Shown here piece after piece: positions 35,884 through 46,427 of a DNA stretch of 64,000 bases. Positions within the stretch are counted from its first letter, which is position 1. The number at the start of each line of letters is the position of its first letter. This DNA is from Candidatus Poriferisocius sp. (GTDB lineage: Bacteria; Actinomycetota; Acidimicrobiia; Acidimicrobiales; Bin134). The translations under genes were made by a program, and so were the position numbers. Location: the NCBI GenBank assembly GCA_965221865.1, contig OZ244918.1, forward strand, positions 1,318,724-1,382,723, given 5' to 3'. Under the pieces are notes generated by a model. The model saw nothing but the letters and a program-made list of their open reading frames with translations, did no database searches and was not told the origin of the DNA.

Positions 35884-36461
35884 TGGCCACCGCAACACCC
35901 ACTACAACAATCACACCGCGGCTGCACACGCAATACCAAGCTGAGATTCGTCAACAACTACAAAACCAGTTGGGCTTGTCTAACATCATGCAAGTGCCAC
36001 GTTTTGAAAAAATCGTGCTTAACATGGGCGTAGGTGAAGCCGTAGCTCAAGCCAAGCTGCTAGACGGTGCCCTAGCCGATCTAAACACCATAGCCGGGCA
36101 ACGTCCCGTGATTACCCGTGCTAAACAATCTATAGCGAACTTTAAAATCCGCGAAGGCAATCCCATCGGCGCCAAAGTCACATTACGTGGAGTTCGCATG
36201 TGGGAGTTCTTAGATAGGCTCATCAACCTAGCCATCCCCCGCATTCGCGACTTCCGCGGGCTATCACCACGCTCATTTGACGGCAACGGCAACTACACCT
36301 TTGGCGTTAACGAACAGCTTATCTTTCCCGAGGTGGACTACGACTCTATCGACACCATTCGGGGTATGGATATAACCATCGTCACAACAGCAACTACCGA
36401 TGCAGAAGGCCAAGCCCTGCTTGAAGCCTTCTCGTTTCCTTTCCGCAAAGAAGGGCAGTAA
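35883..36461 (+). CDS. rplE: 50S ribosomal protein L5
   Basis: The translation is [19 protein letters not shown]...[16 protein letters not shown]...[20 protein letters not shown]. The start ATG at 35883 overlaps the rplX stop (taATG). Confidence 0.94.
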   Translation: MATATPTTTITPRLHTQYQAEIRQQLQNQLGLSNIMQVPRFEKIVLNMGVGEAVAQAKLLDGALADLNTIAGQRPVITRAKQSIANFKIREGNPIGAKVTLRGVRMWEFLDRLINLAIPRIRDFRGLSPRSFDGNGNYTFGVNEQLIFPEVDYDSIDTIRGMDITIVTTATTDAEGQALLEAFSFPFRKEGQ

Positions 36462-36465
36462 CTAA

Positions 36466-36651
36466 ATGGCAAAAAAGGCACTTGTGCAAAAGCAACAAAA
36501 AACGCCTAAGTTTAAGGTGCGGGGCTACACCCGCTGCCGGCGTTGCGGACGACCACGAGCCGTGTACCGCAAGTTTGGCCTTTGTCGAGTATGCCTGCGG
36601 GAACTCGCCCACGCAGGTGAAATCCCTGGTTTAACCAAAGCAAGCTGGTGA
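36466..36651 (+). CDS. rpsZ: 30S ribosomal protein S14, type Z (zinc-binding, 61 aa)
   Basis: The translation is [46 protein letters not shown], with CxxC...CxxC. Confidence 0.95.
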   Translation: MAKKALVQKQQKTPKFKVRGYTRCRRCGRPRAVYRKFGLCRVCLRELAHAGEIPGLTKASW

Positions 36652-36664
36652 GGGGAATGCAACA

Positions 36665-37069
36665 ATGACCATGACCGACCCCATCGCCGACATGCTCACA
36701 CGCATCCGCAACGCCAACACGGCTATGCGAGATGAAGTAAAGATGCCCTACTCCAAGCTGAAAGTGGCACTAGCCAATGTGCTGCAACAAGAAGGCTACA
36801 TCAAAAGCTTTGATGTAGCTCAAGCTGCCTCAGGCCCAGGGCAGACCCTCATAATCGACATGAAATACTCTACAGAACGTGAGCGCGTGATTTCAGGTAT
36901 AACCCGTGTGTCTAAACCTGGGCTACGGGTTTACTCCAAATCTGACAAGATTCCCCGTGTGCTAGGCGGCCTCGGCATAGCCATAGTGTCTACTAGCAAG
37001 GGTTTGATGAGCGACCGGGAGGCTCGCCGTCGTCGTATTGGCGGCGAAGTAGTCTGCGTGGTCTGGTAA
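36665..37069 (+). CDS. rpsH: 30S ribosomal protein S8
   Basis: The translation is [20 protein letters not shown]... Confidence 0.96.
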   Translation: MTMTDPIADMLTRIRNANTAMRDEVKMPYSKLKVALANVLQQEGYIKSFDVAQAASGPGQTLIIDMKYSTERERVISGITRVSKPGLRVYSKSDKIPRVLGGLGIAIVSTSKGLMSDREARRRRIGGEVVCVVW

Positions 37070-37082
37070 AAGGAGGTTTACA

Positions 37083-37622
37083 GTGTCACGCGTAGGGTCC
37101 AACCCAATTCCTGTACCTAACGGAGTGGAAGTAACAATTCACCACACCAACATCACCGTAAAAGGAAGCCGCGGCACTCTGTCCCACACGCTGCCTGACA
37201 CAATCACAGCTCGCCTACAAGACAACATCTTGCTAGTTGAACGTACTAGCGAGTTCCGCCAAAGCAAAGCACTACATGGGCTTAACCGTTCGCTGCTTGC
37301 CAACATGATCATTGGCGTAAGCGAGGGTTTTCGTAAAAAACTAGAAATCGTAGGCACCGGCTACAGGGCTATAGCGCAAGGCAACACCAAAATTGAACTG
37401 CAACTAGGCTTTAGCCACCCTGTGCATGTGCAAGCACCAGATGGCATTACCTTTGAAGTACCCGACCAAACCAGCATTCATGTGCTAGGTATAGACAAAC
37501 AAACAGTTGGGCAAGTAGCAGCAGACATTCGCGCCATACGCAAACCCGAACCCTACCGTGGTAAAGGCGTCAGATACGCTGGAGAGCAGATAATCCGTAA
37601 AGCTGGCAAGGCTGCTAAGTGA
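37083..37622 (+). CDS. rplF: 50S ribosomal protein L6
   Basis: The translation is (GTG)SRVGSNPIPVPNGVEVTI...EPYRGKGVRYAGE. Confidence 0.95.
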   Translation: MSRVGSNPIPVPNGVEVTIHHTNITVKGSRGTLSHTLPDTITARLQDNILLVERTSEFRQSKALHGLNRSLLANMIIGVSEGFRKKLEIVGTGYRAIAQGNTKIELQLGFSHPVHVQAPDGITFEVPDQTSIHVLGIDKQTVGQVAADIRAIRKPEPYRGKGVRYAGEQIIRKAGKAAK

Positions 37623-37699
37623 TGCCCATGTTGTGTGGCTTCTGCAAACCTCAGCAACACCATAACCCCGGCGTGTACACCACAGGGAGACCAATCTAA

Positions 37700-38062
37700 A
37701 TGAGCAGCATTAAGCACAAGCACCAAAGCCGCATCAGACGGCACCGCCGGGTACGCAAGAAGATCCAAGGAACTCCTGAACGTCCCCGTTTGGCGGTGTA
37801 CCGCTCAAATCGCCATATCCTTGCACAAATTATTGACGACACTGCTGGTCATACTCTGGTAGCAGTTTCTACTACTGAGCCAGAATTGCGTTCAGGACCA
37901 ACCAGCAATACTGCTGGCGCAGCCGCAGCAGGCAAACTTTTAGCCCAACGCGCCACAGATAAAAACATCAAAACAGTGGTTTTCGATCGGGGGGGCTTTC
38001 GCTACCACGGTCGCGTTGCTGCCTTAGCCGACTCGGCCCGCGCGGCTGGACTGGAGTTTTAA
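37700..38062 (+). CDS. rplR: 50S ribosomal protein L18
   Basis: Characteristic segments are [37 protein letters not shown] and [20 protein letters not shown]. Confidence 0.95.
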   Translation: MSSIKHKHQSRIRRHRRVRKKIQGTPERPRLAVYRSNRHILAQIIDDTAGHTLVAVSTTEPELRSGPTSNTAGAAAAGKLLAQRATDKNIKTVVFDRGGFRYHGRVAALADSARAAGLEF

Positions 38063-38655
38063 TGCTAGAAACCAACACCACCTCATCTAACACCCCAGTT
38101 GGAGATTCGCAGCTACGCGACTCCCGAGTCATAAACATCAACCGAGTAGCTAAGGTGGTAAAAGGTGGTCGTCGTTTTTCTTTTACTGCTTTGGTGGTTA
38201 TCGGTGATGGAGCTGGCCGTGTCGGTTTAGGCTACGGCAAAGCCAAAGAAGTGCCTTTAGCTATCCAAAAAGGTACCGAAGAAGCGCGACGAAACCTGTT
38301 TAGAGTTCCTTTAGCCTCCTCCACAATCACACATCCAGTTATTGGCGAGATGGGAGCTGGACGGGTACTGCTTAAGCCCGCAGCCCCTGGTACAGGGGTA
38401 ATTGCTGGTGGAGCGGCCCGTGCTATCTTAGAAGAAGCAGGCATCGGCGATGTTCTTTGTAAATCGTTGGGCTCACCCAACCACATCAACGTGGCTAGGG
38501 CTACCATTGCAGGACTGCAAGCGCTCAAAAGACCCGACCAAGTAGCCAAACAACGTGGCTTACCTGCCGACGAGTTTGTGCCTGCAGGAATGCTAACGGC
38601 CTACCGTGAGTCTGAGCGTACCACCACAAATACTGTTAGCAGAACAGAAGAATAA
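38062..38655 (+). CDS. rpsE: 30S ribosomal protein S5
   Basis: The translation is [42 protein letters not shown]. Confidence 0.96.
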   Translation: MLETNTTSSNTPVGDSQLRDSRVININRVAKVVKGGRRFSFTALVVIGDGAGRVGLGYGKAKEVPLAIQKGTEEARRNLFRVPLASSTITHPVIGEMGAGRVLLKPAAPGTGVIAGGAARAILEEAGIGDVLCKSLGSPNHINVARATIAGLQALKRPDQVAKQRGLPADEFVPAGMLTAYRESERTTTNTVSRTEE

Positions 38656-38657
38656 TA

Positions 38658-38843
38658 ATGACACTTAAGGTCACCCAGATTCGTTCGGCCATAGGCAGTC
38701 GCCCTAAACAACGTGGCACCCTTAGAGCTTTAGGCTTGCGTGGTATCGGCCAAACCAATACCTTGCCTGATGCCCCAGAAATACGTGGAATGATCAACAA
38801 AGTAGCTCACTTAGTGTCCTGCGAGGAGATAAAAGACTCATGA
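38658..38843 (+). CDS. rpmD: 50S ribosomal protein L30
   Basis: The translation is MTLKVTQIRSAIGSRPKQRGTLRALGLRGIGQTN. Confidence 0.94.
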   Translation: MTLKVTQIRSAIGSRPKQRGTLRALGLRGIGQTNTLPDAPEIRGMINKVAHLVSCEEIKDS

Positions 38844-39325
38844 AACTACACGACCTAACGCCTCCGGCAGGAGCCCACAAAAAACCACAACGCAAGGCTC
38901 GTGGTATTGCTGGCAAAGGGGGTAAAACCGCTGGCCGAGGCTCTAAAGGTCAACGTGCCCGCAGCAAAATTCCAGTGGGTTTTGAAGGTGGACAAATGCC
39001 TTTAGCGCGACGCGTGCCCAAACTGCGTGGCTTCAAAAACCCATTTAGGGTGGAATATCAAGCCATCAACTTGGATGTAATTGAAGCAACCACACTAGAT
39101 GAAATCTCCCCTGAGATACTGCAGCAACATGGCTTGCTGCATAAAGGAGCTTTAGCCAAAGTGTTAGGGCGCGGCGAGCTAACCCGGGCAGTAACTGTAA
39201 AAGCCCATGCGTTTTCTGCATCTGCAAAAAACGCTATCGAAACAGCGGGCGGCAGTACAGAAGAACTGCCCAAACCGCATCGTAGTAGACCACCGGCGCA
39301 GGGCAACGCCCTTACCAACCGCTAA
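38840..39325 (+). CDS. rplO: 50S ribosomal protein L15
   Basis: The translation is MKLHDLTPPAGAHKKPQRKARGIAGKGGKTAGRGSKGQ. Confidence 0.95.
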   Translation: MKLHDLTPPAGAHKKPQRKARGIAGKGGKTAGRGSKGQRARSKIPVGFEGGQMPLARRVPKLRGFKNPFRVEYQAINLDVIEATTLDEISPEILQQHGLLHKGALAKVLGRGELTRAVTVKAHAFSASAKNAIETAGGSTEELPKPHRSRPPAQGNALTNR

Positions 39326-39364
39326 CACAACTAATCAAACCAACTGTAAGGAGCAAAACACATC

Positions 39365-40714
39365 GTGCTTACAAGGGTGGCAAACATGTTCCGAGTTGCG
39401 GATCTCCGCAACAAGATTTTGTTCACCTTGTCTATGTTGGTGATCTTTCGGATTGGCGTAGCTATACCTTCCCCGGGTGTAGACTTAGACGCGGTAGATC
39501 AACTTCGTAACACAGCCGATGCTGGTGGCGTGACTGGGCTATTGGACTTCTTCTCGGGCGGTGCTTTATCGCAATTTGCGATATTCGCACTTGGCATCTT
39601 TCCCTACATCACTGCCTCAATCATTATGCAAGTGCTAGGCGTGGTCATCCCTCGAATCGAGCAGTGGCAAAATCAAGGGGCAGTAGGGCAGCGCAAGATC
39701 ACTCAGTGGACTCGTTACCTAACCATTGCCATAGCCATTGTGCAAGCCACATCTTTTGCTTTCTTATTCCACAACGGTGGCGGTGGTCTGGGTCTTACTG
39801 GTGGCAATGCCAGCCAACCAATAGACCTACTACCTAACTTCACCGCCCCCCGAGTGTTCTTAGTTGTGCTCACCCTCACAGCAGGCACCGCGCTGTTAAT
39901 GTGGATGGGCGAGTTGATCACCCAAAAAGGCATCGGCAACGGCATGTCCCTAATCATCTTTGCCTCGGTGGTTTCCACAATCCCCAACCAGTTCTCGTTA
40001 GTTAAAGCCTCAGAAGGCTGGGGAGCAACCTTCGTCATCGGCGCTATGTACCTAGTACTGCTAGTAGCAATAGTGTTCGTAGAAAACGGTCAGCGACAGA
40101 TTCCAGTGCAATTTGCCAAGCGGGTAGTGGGTCGCCGCATAGCTGGAGGTCAGAGCACCTACATTCCTTTAAAAGTTAATCAGTCAGGCGTAATTCCTAT
40201 CATCTTTGCAAGTTCGGTGCTTTACTTACCTATTTTGTTGTCAGCTGTTCTGCCGTCTGACTCTAACCCTGATCACAACACTTGGGGTGAAAGCGTCCAA
40301 AACTGGGTGAACGTTCATTTAGGCGACCCCGCCGATGTTGTTTACCTGATCACATTTGCCATCATGATCGTAGGCTTCGCCTACTTTTATACCGCAATTA
40401 CTTTTGACCCTGTAAAACAAGCCGATCAAATTCGCAAACAAGGTGGTTTCATTCCTGGTATTCGTCCCGGCCGACCAACCGAACGGCATTTAGCACATAT
40501 CTTGTCGCGAATTACCTTACCGGGAGCGTTGTTCATTGCTGCTGTGGCTGTCATACCAGCCATTGCCTTAGCACAGTACATACCATCGCAAAGCACTTCG
40601 GCATATAGCTTTAGTGGCATCTCAATATTGATCGCTGTAGGCGTGGCTCTAGAAACTATGAAGCAGATTGATAGTCAGCTAATGATGAGAAACTATGAGG
40701 GCTTTTTGAAATAA
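39365..40714 (+). CDS. secY: Preprotein translocase subunit SecY
   Basis: The protein has 10 TM helices. Characteristic segments are FRVADLRNKILFTL and ALGIFPYITASIIMQ, and the position after rplO fits. Confidence 0.96.
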   Translation: MLTRVANMFRVADLRNKILFTLSMLVIFRIGVAIPSPGVDLDAVDQLRNTADAGGVTGLLDFFSGGALSQFAIFALGIFPYITASIIMQVLGVVIPRIEQWQNQGAVGQRKITQWTRYLTIAIAIVQATSFAFLFHNGGGGLGLTGGNASQPIDLLPNFTAPRVFLVVLTLTAGTALLMWMGELITQKGIGNGMSLIIFASVVSTIPNQFSLVKASEGWGATFVIGAMYLVLLVAIVFVENGQRQIPVQFAKRVVGRRIAGGQSTYIPLKVNQSGVIPIIFASSVLYLPILLSAVLPSDSNPDHNTWGESVQNWVNVHLGDPADVVYLITFAIMIVGFAYFYTAITFDPVKQADQIRKQGGFIPGIRPGRPTERHLAHILSRITLPGALFIAAVAVIPAIALAQYIPSQSTSAYSFSGISILIAVGVALETMKQIDSQLMMRNYEGFLK

Positions 40715-41292
40715 TGCCCCCAGTCTTAGTGATTTTAGGGCGACAAGGCTCAGGGAAAGGCACCCAAGCCGAGTTAATCGTGCAGCGTTACGGAGTTATA
40801 CATGTATCAACCGGTGACATGCTGCGAGCTGCTGAGCAAGCAGGAACACAACTAGGTCTGCAAGCCAGAGCAATCATGGACGCAGGCGAGCTTGTGAGCG
40901 ACGACATAATCATTGGCATTGTGGACGAAAGGCTAAACCAGGCTGACATCCAAAACCACGGTGTGCTGCTAGATGGCTTCCCACGTACCACCGCCCAGGC
41001 AGATGCCCTAGCTGAAATCCTCAAAAAAAAGGGCCCCGACCTAGCCATAAATCTTGAGGTACCTACTAGTGAGGTAACGCAACGCCTGCTAGCCCGCGGC
41101 AGACAAGACGACACTGTCGAGGCTATTGCACGCCGCCTAGAGCTTTACGAAGTCGAAACCGCGCCTTTGTTAGCTTGGTTCCAAAACAACAATTGTCTAC
41201 AAATTGCCAATGGTATAGGCACAGAAGCAGAGGTGTTTGAACGCCTCACAACAATCATTGATGAAGTTATAGACACCCGTAACAGTGTTTGA
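40714..41292 (+). CDS. adk: Adenylate kinase (short form, no zinc lid)
   Basis: Characteristic segments are GRQGSGKGTQAE and VLLDGFPRTTAQADAL. Confidence 0.94.
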   Translation: MPPVLVILGRQGSGKGTQAELIVQRYGVIHVSTGDMLRAAEQAGTQLGLQARAIMDAGELVSDDIIIGIVDERLNQADIQNHGVLLDGFPRTTAQADALAEILKKKGPDLAINLEVPTSEVTQRLLARGRQDDTVEAIARRLELYEVETAPLLAWFQNNNCLQIANGIGTEAEVFERLTTIIDEVIDTRNSV

Positions 41293-41458
41293 GTTTGTGA
41301 GCCCGCTACTGCCCCTGTATGATGTAGGTTCGGCTCTCAGCAAGGGTCGGTTTTGGCGCGGTTAGCTGCAAGTCGGCGAATCCGTCCACCAGTGTATTTG
41401 TCGGTATTTTGGTCAGTTGGCTATCTCACCGTTGTAAACATGTCAGGAGAGTTCGCCC

Positions 41459-41683
41459 TTGGCGAAAAATAAAGAAGATGCCATCATCATGGAAGGTAAA
41501 GTTACCGAATCCCTTCCTAATGCTATGTTTCGAGTTGAACTCGAAAACGGCCATAATGTGCTTACGCACATCTCTGGCAAGATGCGAATGCACTACATCA
41601 GGATACTTCCCGGCGACCGGGTACAAGTAGAGTTAACGCCCTACGACCTGCAAAGAGGCCGCATCACTTATAGATATAAGTAA
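41459..41683 (+). CDS. infA: Translation initiation factor IF-1
   Basis: The start is TTG and the translation is [55 protein letters not shown] Shine-Dalgarno sequence (caggagag) lies upstream. Confidence 0.95.
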   Translation: MAKNKEDAIIMEGKVTESLPNAMFRVELENGHNVLTHISGKMRMHYIRILPGDRVQVELTPYDLQRGRITYRYK

Positions 41684-41741
41684 ACCTAGTCAAAGTCCAT
41701 CAAAAAGCCAACGGGCATATCAGCTAAGCGAAAGGCAAGCA

Positions 41742-41855
41742 TTGAAAGTCCGTCCCAGCATAAAAAAAATGTGTGAAAAGTGCAGGATTATCCGCCGCCA
41801 TGGCAGCGTTCGGGTAATCTGCGTAAACCCGCGCCACAAACAAAGGCAGGGCTAA
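41742..41855 (+). CDS. rpmJ: 50S ribosomal protein L36 (37 aa, zinc-ribbon type), TTG start
   Basis: My translation is (TTG)[36 protein letters not shown]. The gene is below the ORF-track size cutoff and sits in the canonical infA-rpmJ-rpsM position. Confidence 0.92.
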   Translation: MKVRPSIKKMCEKCRIIRRHGSVRVICVNPRHKQRQG

Positions 41856-41857
41856 GC

Positions 41858-42238
41858 ATGGCTCGTATTGCAGGAGTAGACATCCCCCGCGAGAAACGTA
41901 CCATTGTTTCTCTTACATATGTTTACGGCATCGGGCATGCCCTAGCTAAAGAGGTCTGCACTGAAGCAGGAGTAGATGAGCATTCTCGGGTGCGAGACCT
42001 TACCGACGAAGAAATAGCTCGCCTGCGTAACTACATTGAAGGCAACCTCAGGGTAGAAGGCGACCTTCGTAGAGAAACCAGCCAAGATGTTAAACGCAAA
42101 ATGGAAATCGGCTGCTATCAAGGCATCCGCCATCGGCGTGGTTTACCAGTTCATGGTCAGCGTACCCACACAAATGCACGCACCCGCAAAGGTCCTAAAA
42201 AAGCCATTGCAGGTAAAAAGAAGGTTATGAAGAAGTGA
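41858..42238 (+). CDS. rpsM: 30S ribosomal protein S13
   Basis: The translation is [26 protein letters not shown]... The start at ATG 41858 lies inside ORF 41780-42238. Confidence 0.95.
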   Translation: MARIAGVDIPREKRTIVSLTYVYGIGHALAKEVCTEAGVDEHSRVRDLTDEEIARLRNYIEGNLRVEGDLRRETSQDVKRKMEIGCYQGIRHRRGLPVHGQRTHTNARTRKGPKKAIAGKKKVMKK

Positions 42239-42630
42239 GCCCCCCAGCACCAACACGCCGTCCCCGCCGCCGTGAACGCAAAAACATCTCCTACGGGGTA
42301 GCTCACATCAAAAGTTCTTTTAACAACACCATCGTAACCATCGCAGATCAGCAAGGCAACGTAATTTCTTGGTCCTCAGCAGGCAACGTCGGGTTCAAAG
42401 GCTCCCGCAAGTCTACCCCTTTTGCGGCTCAAATGGCCGCCGAGGAAGCTGGCCGCAAAGCCATGGAACACGGAATCCGCAAAGTAGATGTGCATGTTCG
42501 AGGCCCCGGCTCTGGCCGTGAAACCGCTATCCGCTCCTTGCAGGGTGTTGGCATAGAAATTACCGGTATTAAAGACGTCACTCCCATCCCTCACAACGGC
42601 TGTAGACCAGCTAAAAGACGGAGAGTCTGA
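42235..42630 (+). CDS. rpsK: 30S ribosomal protein S11
   Basis: The translation is [46 protein letters not shown]. The GTG start overlaps the rpsM stop. Confidence 0.95.
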   Translation: MSPPAPTRRPRRRERKNISYGVAHIKSSFNNTIVTIADQQGNVISWSSAGNVGFKGSRKSTPFAAQMAAEEAGRKAMEHGIRKVDVHVRGPGSGRETAIRSLQGVGIEITGIKDVTPIPHNGCRPAKRRRV

Positions 42631-42631
42631 T

Positions 42632-43249
42632 ATGTCACGCTACACAGGCCCTCGGTCCAGGGTTTCACGTCGCCTCGGTGTGAATGTTTGGGGAACCAAA
42701 GGCGAAACACTTGCTTTAGAACGCAGACCTTACCCACCCGGCGAACACGGCAGAACCCGACGGCGGGGCAACGTGTCTGAATATCTGTTGCAACTCCAAG
42801 AAAAGCAAAAAGCCCGCTACACCTACGGCCTTAACGAGCGGCAGTTCCGCAATGTCTTCAAAGAAGCTGCACGCCAAAAAGGGATCACCGGCGAGAACAT
42901 GCTGCGCTTTTTAGAGTTACGCCTCGACAACGTGGTTTACCGGCTGGGCTGGGGCGCTACAAGACCTCAAAGCCGTCAGCTCGTATCTCACGGTCACATA
43001 AGCGTAAACGGGCGCCGCGTAGATATCCCTAGCTATCGACTTCGCAAAAATGATGTGCTTTCATTGCGAGATAAGGCACGCCAAATGGTTGTAGTGGGAT
43101 GGAACCTAGATGTCTTAGATCGAACTCCACCAGCTTGGCTGCAACGTACCGATGATGGATTTGAAGCCACAGTTCGAGAGCTGCCAGTGCGCGAACAAAT
43201 TGACGTGCCAGTGCGCGAACAGCTCATCGTGGAGCTTTACAGCAAATAG
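42632..43249 (+). CDS. rpsD: 30S ribosomal protein S4
   Basis: The translation is MSRYTGPRSRVSRRLGVNV... with an S4 RNA-binding domain (LELRLDNVVYRLGWG). Confidence 0.96.
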   Translation: MSRYTGPRSRVSRRLGVNVWGTKGETLALERRPYPPGEHGRTRRRGNVSEYLLQLQEKQKARYTYGLNERQFRNVFKEAARQKGITGENMLRFLELRLDNVVYRLGWGATRPQSRQLVSHGHISVNGRRVDIPSYRLRKNDVLSLRDKARQMVVVGWNLDVLDRTPPAWLQRTDDGFEATVRELPVREQIDVPVREQLIVELYSK

Positions 43250-43325
43250 TTACACCCCAACCAAGTGCTAACTCATATTGTTCAAACTAACTTGAAACCC
43301 GCCAATCACAATAGGGAGCCGAACC

Positions 43326-44264
43326 ATGCTGGTAATGCAACGCCCCGCCGTTGACACCGTCACCAATCTCATAAACAACCGCCAAAAGTTCTCCATTGGC
43401 CCGCTAGAACCAGGTTTCGGGCACACTCTGGGCAACTCTTTGCGCCGCGCCCTACTGTCGTCTATCCCAGGCGCAGCGGTTATTCGGGTGCGCTTTGATG
43501 ATGCGCTCCACGAGTTTGACACCATTAGCGGTGTCACCGAAGACGTAACCGACATACTGCTAAACCTGAAAGATTTAGTGCTGTGCTGCCACAGTGAAGA
43601 ACCAGTAGATTTGCGTATAGACGAAACAGGGCCAGGCCAAATAACCGGTGCCACCCTCACAACCAATCCAGATGTAGAAGTGCTAAACCCCGAGTTGGTT
43701 ATTGCTCACCTAAACAACTCGGCCCACTTAGCTATGGACATCACCATTTCCAAAGGACGTGGCTATGTCTCTGCAGAAGTAAACAAGTTGGACTCCACTA
43801 TCGGGGTTATCCCAATTGATTCCATCTTCTCGCCAGTGCGTCGGGTTGCCTACACCGTAGAGCCCACCCGAGTGGAACAATCTACAGAGTTTGATCGACT
43901 TGTATTAGACATTGAAACCGACGGTTCTATCTCACCTCAAGAAGCTTTAGCATCGGCTGGAGGCACGCTGCGAGCTTTAGTGCAGCTAGTTGAGGAGATG
44001 AGTGAAAAACCACAAGGTTTAGAAATAGCAGAAGCACCTGCTGCTCCTACCGGTGCCCCCGATCTTGATCTGCCCATTGAAGACCTTGAACTCTCTGAAC
44101 GTCCGCGTAATTGTCTTAAACGTGCTCAGATTAACATGATTGGCGAGCTTTTAACCCGAACCGAAGACGAACTGCTGTCCATCACCAACTTCGGGCAGAA
44201 ATCTTTGGATGAAGTAATTGAAAAATTAGATGAACGGGGCCTAGCCCTAGCTGGTCCCCACTAA
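43326..44264 (+). CDS. rpoA: DNA-directed RNA polymerase subunit alpha
   Basis: Characteristic segments are GPLEPGFGHTLGNSLRRALLSSIPGAAV and, in the C-terminal domain, LELSERPRNCLKRAQINMIGEL. Confidence 0.96.
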   Translation: MLVMQRPAVDTVTNLINNRQKFSIGPLEPGFGHTLGNSLRRALLSSIPGAAVIRVRFDDALHEFDTISGVTEDVTDILLNLKDLVLCCHSEEPVDLRIDETGPGQITGATLTTNPDVEVLNPELVIAHLNNSAHLAMDITISKGRGYVSAEVNKLDSTIGVIPIDSIFSPVRRVAYTVEPTRVEQSTEFDRLVLDIETDGSISPQEALASAGGTLRALVQLVEEMSEKPQGLEIAEAPAAPTGAPDLDLPIEDLELSERPRNCLKRAQINMIGELLTRTEDELLSITNFGQKSLDEVIEKLDERGLALAGPH

Positions 44265-44282
44265 CTCACAAGAGCAGCAACC

Positions 44283-44636
44283 ATGCCAGCAAGACCCCGT
44301 AAAGCCCGCCGTTTCGGTGGAAGCTCACAACACCAAAAACTAATGATGGCCAACCTAGTGGCATCACTTATTGCTGCTGAAGGCATCACAACAACCGAAG
44401 CCAAAGCAAAAGCGATGCGGCCCCTAGCAGAAAAACTTATTACTAAAGCCAAAAAAGGCGGGCTTCACAATCACCGCCAAATCCTCGCCCACCTTGGCGA
44501 CCCAGAAATCGCCGACAAACTTATGGTAGACATAGGCCCCCGCTATGCCAACCGACCTGGCGGCTACACTCGTATCCTCAAACTAGGCCCTCGTCAAGGC
44601 GACAACGCCCCTATGGCTAGAATCGAGCTAGTCTAG
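44283..44636 (+). CDS. rplQ: 50S ribosomal protein L17
   Basis: Characteristic segments are [23 protein letters not shown] and [22 protein letters not shown]. Confidence 0.95.
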   Translation: MPARPRKARRFGGSSQHQKLMMANLVASLIAAEGITTTEAKAKAMRPLAEKLITKAKKGGLHNHRQILAHLGDPEIADKLMVDIGPRYANRPGGYTRILKLGPRQGDNAPMARIELV

Positions 44637-44657
44637 CTAACAACACCTACCACTGAT

Positions 44658-45464
44658 ATGCGCCTGCGAGCTACGGTTGCTTACGATGGTGGTTTGTTTC
44701 ATGGTTTTGCTGCTAATCGTGGCGTTCGCACCGTAAGTGGCGATATTACCGCTGCCCTGTCGCGCTGCTTAGGACAACCAGTACAGCTAACCTGCGCAGG
44801 GCGCACCGATGCTGGTGTACATGCCCGTGGCCAAGTAATCAGCTTTGATTTGCCCGCACCCTATACCAGCACACCTAACACGAAAAAGATCGACTTAGTT
44901 AAACTCCGCAACTCTCTAAACAAAATGCTGTCCCCCTCTATTGCTGTTCAAGCTCTCACGCATGCTCCCAACGGATTCGATGCCCGCTTTGATGCCCTAA
45001 GCCGCACATACCGTTACAGTGTGCTAAACGATGAAGCTCCCGATCCGTTCCTCGCCAACACAACATGGCACTACCCCCATCGCCTAGACATACAAGCAAT
45101 GAACACAGCCGCTCAACACCTGTTAGGTACACACGATTTTACTTCTTTTTGTCGTCGCCAGCATTCCCGCGACGGCAGCGAAAAATCGCGTGTCCGACAC
45201 ATACATAATGCGTGTTGGCACACCCACCACGTGTGTGGGTACAACAAGCAAATACTACAGTTTGAAATTACAGCTTCTTCGTTTTGCCATCAGATGGTGC
45301 GATCCATCACCGGCACCTTGGTACATATCGGCGCCAACCACCAAAAAGCCGCTGACATAATCTCTATTTTATCCGCCAAAGATCGCGCTCAAGCCCCAAA
45401 CCTAGCACCCCCACAAGGTTTGTGTCTGTGGGAAGTTACCTACCCCGCTGATTTGAGTTTTTAG
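44658..45464 (+). CDS. truA: tRNA pseudouridine(38-40) synthase
   Basis: The translation is [18 protein letters not shown]...[14 protein letters not shown], which includes the catalytic Asp. Confidence 0.92.
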   Translation: MRLRATVAYDGGLFHGFAANRGVRTVSGDITAALSRCLGQPVQLTCAGRTDAGVHARGQVISFDLPAPYTSTPNTKKIDLVKLRNSLNKMLSPSIAVQALTHAPNGFDARFDALSRTYRYSVLNDEAPDPFLANTTWHYPHRLDIQAMNTAAQHLLGTHDFTSFCRRQHSRDGSEKSRVRHIHNACWHTHHVCGYNKQILQFEITASSFCHQMVRSITGTLVHIGANHQKAADIISILSAKDRAQAPNLAPPQGLCLWEVTYPADLSF

Positions 45465-45519
45465 CAATTTTCGCTTTGCCCACAAAGAAGATAGAATCAC
45501 AGATTGCAAAGGATGGCCA

Positions 45520-45978
45520 ATGCCCACTTACAGCCCTAAAACCAAAGAAACACAACGCGCTTGGCATGTAGTTGATGCTGAGGGACTAGTGCTAGGTCGT
45601 ATGGCCACCGAAGTAGCTCGACTGTTGCGCGGTAAACATAAACCCGAGTTTGCCCCCCACATTGACACAGGGGATCATGTGATAATCGTTAACGCTGATA
45701 AGGTGATTCTTACCGGCAGCAAAGCTACTGGCAAAAAGGTTTATCGGCACTCTGGCTTTCCTGGAGGTTTACGCCAAAACAGTTATGGGGATTTGCTTGC
45801 AACCCAACCTGCTGAAGCTGTGCGTGGATCAATTAAAGGTATGCTGCCAAAAAACCGCCTCGGCCGTCAGATGCTCCAAAAACTCAAGGTGTATGCGGGG
45901 CCTAACCACCCTCATGCTGCTCAGCAACCGCAACCACACCTAATTCCCGCCGCCCGCGCACAAGTTGGAGATTCGTAA
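45520..45978 (+). CDS. rplM: 50S ribosomal protein L13
   Basis: The translation is [45 protein letters not shown]. Confidence 0.96.
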   Translation: MPTYSPKTKETQRAWHVVDAEGLVLGRMATEVARLLRGKHKPEFAPHIDTGDHVIIVNADKVILTGSKATGKKVYRHSGFPGGLRQNSYGDLLATQPAEAVRGSIKGMLPKNRLGRQMLQKLKVYAGPNHPHAAQQPQPHLIPAARAQVGDS

Positions 45979-46371
45979 ATGTCCGCTCCACTCACCCAAA
46001 CCACCGGCAGACGCAAACGCGCTGTGGCTAGAGTCTGTTTACGGCCTGGTACTGGCCAAATCACAGTCAACAAACGTCAAGCAGACGACTACTTTCCTTC
46101 CCGCAGTCATCGGATGGCCTTTATGGAACCACTGCGAATCACCAACACCATCAACAAGTACGACATTGCAGTAAACATTCACGGGGGAGGCTCTAACGGG
46201 CAAGCAGGAGCGCTACGTCTGGGCATAGCCCGAGCCCTAGTAGACCTTGAACCAGAACTACGCGAAACGCTCAAACAAGCTGGGTTCCTAACACGTGACG
46301 ACCGCAAAAAAGAGTCCAAGAAGTACGGCCTTAAAAAAGCACGTAAAGCGCCTCAGTATTCTAAGCGCTAA
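45979..46371 (+). CDS. rpsI: 30S ribosomal protein S9
   Basis: The translation is TGRRKRAVARVCLRPGTGQITVN...RKKESKKYGLKKARKAPQYSKR. Confidence 0.96.
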   Translation: MSAPLTQTTGRRKRAVARVCLRPGTGQITVNKRQADDYFPSRSHRMAFMEPLRITNTINKYDIAVNIHGGGSNGQAGALRLGIARALVDLEPELRETLKQAGFLTRDDRKKESKKYGLKKARKAPQYSKR

Positions 46372-46427
46372 TAAGTGCTAACGACTCCTGTAATAGCAGC
46401 CCTGTAGCAAAGCTAAGACTTAGCCAA

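Noticed and set aside
41293-41458. Absence of map (methionine aminopeptidase) between adk and infA as an anomaly
   Set aside because: The position of map is variable among bacteria, and the 166-nt spacer contains no gene fragment. I judged it not informative without the whole genome.
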